Shown piece by piece: positions 61,701 through 64,000 of a DNA stretch of 64,000 nt. The notes under the pieces are model-generated. The model was not told the origin of the DNA and did not search any database. It saw only the letters and a list, made by a program, of their open reading frames with translations. Source of the DNA: Lingula anatina. Lineage: Eukaryota; Animalia; Brachiopoda. Position 1 is the first letter of the stretch. Every line of letters starts with the position of its first letter. The position numbers and the translations under genes were made by a program. Location of the stretch: the NCBI GenBank assembly GCA_051362555.1, contig CM120643.1, forward strand, positions 29,888,848-29,952,847. Direction: 5' to 3'.

Positions 61701-63275
61701 ATTCCCTTTGTAATTATTGCATTAAAGTAGTTAAGTATTTTATTTATTTATTTATTTATTTAATTAATTTTTTATTTCAGTTAAAACCGTCGTTGTAGTC
61801 GTTGACGAGTATTGTACAACTGGTAGAGACAAAAGAAGGAGAATAAACAAATTACATCACCCCAACGAGACTATATTCCGTTTTCTAGCACTACGTGTGT
61901 TACACTGAAGATACCAGCTGAATGATTACACCCAATCTTGGACCCTAGCTTAGATTTCCTGTAGATACCAGCTGAATGATTACACCCAACCTTGGATCCT
62001 AGCTTAGATTTCCTGTAGATACCAGCTGAATGATCACACCCAACCTTGGACCCTAGCTCAGATTTCCTGTAGATACCAGCTGAATGATTACACCAAACCT
62101 TGGACCCTAGCTCAGATTTCCTGTAGATACCAGCTGAATGATTACACCAAACCTTGGACCCTAGCTTAGATTTCCTGAAGATACCAGCTGAATGATTACA
62201 CCCAACCTTGGACCCTAGCTTAGATTTCCTGTAGATACCAGCTGAATGATTACACCCAACCTTGGACACTAGCTTAGATTTCCTGTAGATACCAGCTGAA
62301 TGATTACACCCAACCTTGGACCCTAACTCACATTTCCTGAAGATACCAGCTGAATGATTACACCCAACCTTGGACCCTAGCTTAGATTTCCTGTAGATAC
62401 CAGCTGAATGATTACACCCAACCTTGGACCCTAGCTCAGATTTCCTGTAGATACCAGCTGAATGATTACACCCAACCTTGGATCCTTGCTTAGATTTCCT
62501 GTAGATACCAGCTGAATGATTACACCCAACCTTGGACCCTAGCTCAGATTTCCTGTAGATACCAGCTGAATGATTACACCCAACCTTGGATCCTTGCTTA
62601 GATTTCCTGTAGATACCAGCTGAATGATTACACCCAACCTTGGACCCTAGCTCAGATTTCCTGTAGATACCAGCTGAATGATTACACCCAACCTTGGATC
62701 CTTGCTTAGATTTCCTGTAGATACCAGCTGAATGATTACACCCAACCTTGGACCCTAGCTTAGATTTCCTGTAGGTACCAGCTGAATGATTACACCCAAC
62801 CCCACAACTCTCCTCTGCTGTCAACCCCACAACTCTCCTCTGCTGTCAACCCCACAACTCTCCTCTGCTGTCAACCCCACAACTCTCCTATGCTGCCAAC
62901 CCCACAACTCTCCTCTGCTGCCAACCCCACAACTCTCCTCTGCTGTCAACCCCACAATTCTTCTCTGCTGTCAACCCCACAACTCTCCTCTGCTGCTGCT
63001 GAGTCACCATTTTAGGAGTGGTGTAGTCACATAGCACCAAACAAGCTGGTGGGCTGTTTTCCCACAGTGTCCTGTACTTAAAGCTTGTATACTATTAGAG
63101 TTCCCTTATATGAGAGGGAAACCATCACATACCTTCATAGAACTTGACAATACTGGGGTGGGGGTGACCTTTCTGTGACCTCTTTGTCTTCTTGGCCTTC
63201 AGCCAAGGTTTGATGTGCTGATTGACATATGAAGCCACGCCCCTAGGATCATGCTCCTCAATGGGGTGCCAGAAT
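38791..63275 (-). CDS. KAP family P-loop NTPase, NKPD1/KIDINS220-like, with 4 predicted TM helices (5' end outside window)
   Basis: Exons 63275-63133, 59476-59394, 50788-50665, 47884-45962 and 39104-38791 join in phase: DALDYERYAE|VLSEVL..PVTVGIQGSWGVGKT (Walker A), VKFNAWEYAGSDFLWAG, FVIFVDDLDRC (Walker B), GYEYLKKIITLPFSL, NPRSIKRITN, EQWPYR, FLPYTVNID. Confidence 0.9.
39029..39523 (-). repeat. 94-bp tandem array spanning an acceptor (5 acceptors)
   Basis: gtgtcttgtattttacag|atcagaatgtgctactggagaagg...; AG positions from 39105 to 39481 = 4 x 94. Confidence 0.92.
40094..44870 (-). mobile_element. HINE-like element family B copy 1, with a 161-bp internal satellite
   Basis: aaaacaag + hairpin ggcagcaaagctgtc + atgtacagaca ... 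(GAC/GGC)n microsatellite + atgtacagacacatctgtgtctgtacat; same termini as 54877-58052; 161-bp period at 43141/43302/43463/43624. Confidence 0.82.
40275..40495. mobile_element. Diverged palindromic MITE nested in HINE B1
   Basis: ctccaaggggtttctcactaaattgc vs gcaatttagcgagaattcccttggag; absent from the paralogous sequence near 56145. Confidence 0.55.
44887..45976 (-). repeat. 83-bp tandem array spanning the donor of the main KAP exon, split by a MITE
   Basis: Minus-strand unit gctgaggacaggg|gtaggtttgtacaggacagg...; copies lie at 45663-45976 and 44887-44985. Confidence 0.88.
44986..45662. mobile_element. PIF/Harbinger-type MITE, 677 bp, 3-bp TSD CAG
   Basis: TIR gggcccgtttcacgaagcagt / actgcttcgtgaaacgggccc; neighbouring repeat units show the empty site agcCAGgtcttcc. 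Confidence 0.88.
45962..47884 (-). CDS. Main KAP NTPase exon (TM pairs, Walker B)
   Basis: ORF 45936-47822 extended to acceptor tttcccag|atgcag; phase 1 at both ends. Confidence 0.92.
47955..48058. repeat. 36-bp tandem repeat x3, about 70 bp from an acceptor
   Basis: tgaccatgttttactatctcatccttataccatatc. Confidence 0.9.
48161..50614 (-). mobile_element. Kolobok-like degenerate DNA transposon (TTAA TSD, AGG termini) with a possible THAP remnant
   Basis: ttaa|aggg..ttcatg ... catgaa..cct|ttaa; subterminal inverted ggtcacgtggt..tgacgac / gtcgtca..accacgtgacc; minus ORF 50312 starts MPRCVAVG, like THAP N-termini. Confidence 0.55.
50665..50788 (-). CDS. KAP NTPase Walker A exon (absent from the ORF track)
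   Basis: ttttgtatactag|VLSEVLRDRKLSMPVTVGIQGSWGVGKTFLLNLLEYHLRKT G|gtatgt; 124 nt, phase 0 to phase 1. Confidence 0.92.
51243..54420 (+). pseudogene. Ty3/Gypsy integrase C-terminal remnant, interrupted by HINE A2
   Basis: LHPGDRVLVK..GRHKLADRWQDEVFTV...YQVRREGG..KVLH; resumes after 54120 with an acidic tract and LRRSKRTRRKP. Confidence 0.75.
51496..54120 (-). mobile_element. HINE-like element family A copy 2, with about 10 x 146-bp satellite units
   Basis: aaactagag + hairpin + attgtaccaccagc ... (ggcggagcc)n + gtaccgccagcg-ctaa-cgctggtggtacaat; period 146 (51838, 51984 ... 52568). Confidence 0.85.
54428..54876 (+). pseudogene. Ty3/Gypsy gag (PNMA-like capsid) remnant
   Basis: FFSARQKPNENMTLWASRLEKL...MLQNKFYRGL; frameshifted; continues after HINE B2. 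Confidence 0.72.
55044..55207. mobile_element. Second, inverted copy of the 168-bp MITE
   Basis: Matches the reverse complement of 27453-27620; flanked by (c)aataa on both sides; the empty site is at about 41221-41240. Confidence 0.78.
55438..55673 (-). mobile_element. Short HINE-like element nested in B2
   Basis: aaactaga + hairpin cactgagagtg + acctctgccaagg ... gacagacaaaca ... ccttggcagag..aggt; missing at the paralogous site near 41475. Confidence 0.65.
58053..58870 (+). pseudogene. Gypsy zinc-knuckle remnant plus aspartic protease
   Basis: CFTYGDTGRIKRN* (decayed CX2CX4HX4C); IGGVKCQALWDTGSMVSTISESF...GANGSSLLYTGY. Confidence 0.85.
59198..59291 (-). repeat. Two displaced 51-bp copies of the Walker A exon acceptor
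   Basis: aactttctgtctctcagcacttcactcagtacctagtatacaa is identical to 50757-50799. Confidence 0.9.
59394..59476 (-). CDS. KAP NTPase exon preceding Walker A
   Basis: tttgtctgcag|DHKYESVGGVISDHGGMKDALDYERYAE|gtaaga; phase 1 to phase 0. Confidence 0.85.
59546..62800. repeat. 54-bp intronic minisatellite (about 44 units) split by a solo LTR
   Basis: acacccaaccttggaccctagcttagatttcctgtagataccagctgaatgatt; blocks 59546-61045 and 61905-62800. Confidence 0.96.
61046..61904 (+). mobile_element. Solo LTR, 859 bp
   Basis: TGTAACAC...GTGTTACA inverted termini; 5-bp TSD ctgga/ctgaa; AATAAA at about 61842. Confidence 0.8.
62796..62995. repeat. 29-bp minisatellite x7 fused to the 54-bp array
   Basis: caaccccacaactctcctctgctgt is repeated. 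Confidence 0.92.
63133..63275 (-). CDS. Upstream KAP gene exon
   Basis: catttcag|RFWHPIEEHDPRGVASYVNQHIKPWLK...VKFYE G|gtatgt; its phase-1 end matches exon 59476. Confidence 0.75.
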
Positions 63276-63744
63276 CTGAAATGTACATAAAATATGGTAA
63301 TCAACTGATTGACATATGAAGCCACGCCCCTAGGATCATGTCCCCCTATGGGGTGCCAGAATCTGAAATGTGCATAAAATATGGTAATCAACTGATTGAC
63401 ATATGAAGCCACGCCCCTAGGATCATGTCCCCCTATGGGGTGCCAGAATCTGAAATGTACATAAAATATGGTAATCAACTGATTGACATATGAAGCCACG
63501 CCCCTAGGATCATGTCCCCCTATGGGGTGCCAGAATCTGAAATGTACATAAAATATGGTAATCAACTGATTGACATATGAAGCCACGCCCCTAGGATCAT
63601 GTCCCCCTATGGGGTGCCAGAATCTGAAATGTACATAAAATATGGTAATCAACTGATTGACATATGAAGCCACGCCCCTAGGATCATGTTCCCCTATGGG
63701 GTGCCAGAATCTGAAATGTACATAATATATGGTAATCAACTGAT
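63218..63744 (-). repeat. 87-bp in-frame tandem array spanning an acceptor (6 acceptors)
   Basis: AG at 63276, 63363, 63450, 63537, 63624 and 63711; translates without stops as 29-aa repeats. Confidence 0.93.
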
Positions 63745-64000
63745 CTTTTAAACAGGCAAAAATTATCAATCTTTCAGTCACATAACTGTATTTCAAAAAT
63801 CATAAAAATTGTGAGAAAAAAAAGGTTCATTAGCTTGGTAGGGTTATACATGATAATTATCAAACACAAACTAAAACACTTTCGTATCGTTAACTTACGG
63901 CCAACCTGGATGTAGGCCTTCATCAAACTGATGTGAGTAGATGTTGTTACTCACTGACCGCTGTAAGAAACTAAAAGATTTTATAACATCCAAAATAGAA

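Noticed and set aside
61871-62830. 319-aa repetitive ORF (GCNHSAGIYRKSKLGSKV)n
   Set aside because: A 54-bp unit is divisible by 3, so the frame is open by chance. It lies in an intron whose flanking exons join in phase, and an LTR interrupts it.
13672-63744. Junction arrays as pure assembly artefacts
   Set aside because: Copies carry structured variants, span a range of divergence, and three contain transposon insertions with TSDs. Raw reads are still needed to confirm copy numbers.

Overview
Animal genomic DNA (invertebrate, probably lophotrochozoan or mollusc; this is an inference from repeat types and gene style). It holds two convergent, intron-rich genes and nested transposons. On the + strand (<1-34171, 30 exons read by eye) is a giant membrane mucin: >13 kb Thr-rich 25-aa repeat exon, EGFs, NIDO-AMOP-VWD(GDPH), cadherin-like domain, cbEGFs, a second 33-aa Thr repeat, SEA(GSTIV), EGF, TM, and a tail ending in IKRPQV...ESNI*. 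On the - strand (>63275-38791, 5 exons) is an NKPD1/KIDINS220-like KAP P-loop NTPase with 4 predicted TM helices. The most striking signal is that about 15 of 67 splice junctions, plus the KAP stop region, are each amplified into their own private tandem array (31-94 bp units, 2-20 copies). Each array carries the splice site itself, producing stacks of decoy donors or acceptors. Three arrays were later hit by transposons, so they are real and not an assembly artefact. Mobile DNA includes five Helentron/HINE-like elements (four large ones carrying 146- or 161-bp satellites), Harbinger-, MULE- and Kolobok-like non-autonomous elements, a solo LTR, and an LTR element with a tRNA-Pro-like PBS whose gag/protease/integrase remnants run antisense to its LTR polarity.
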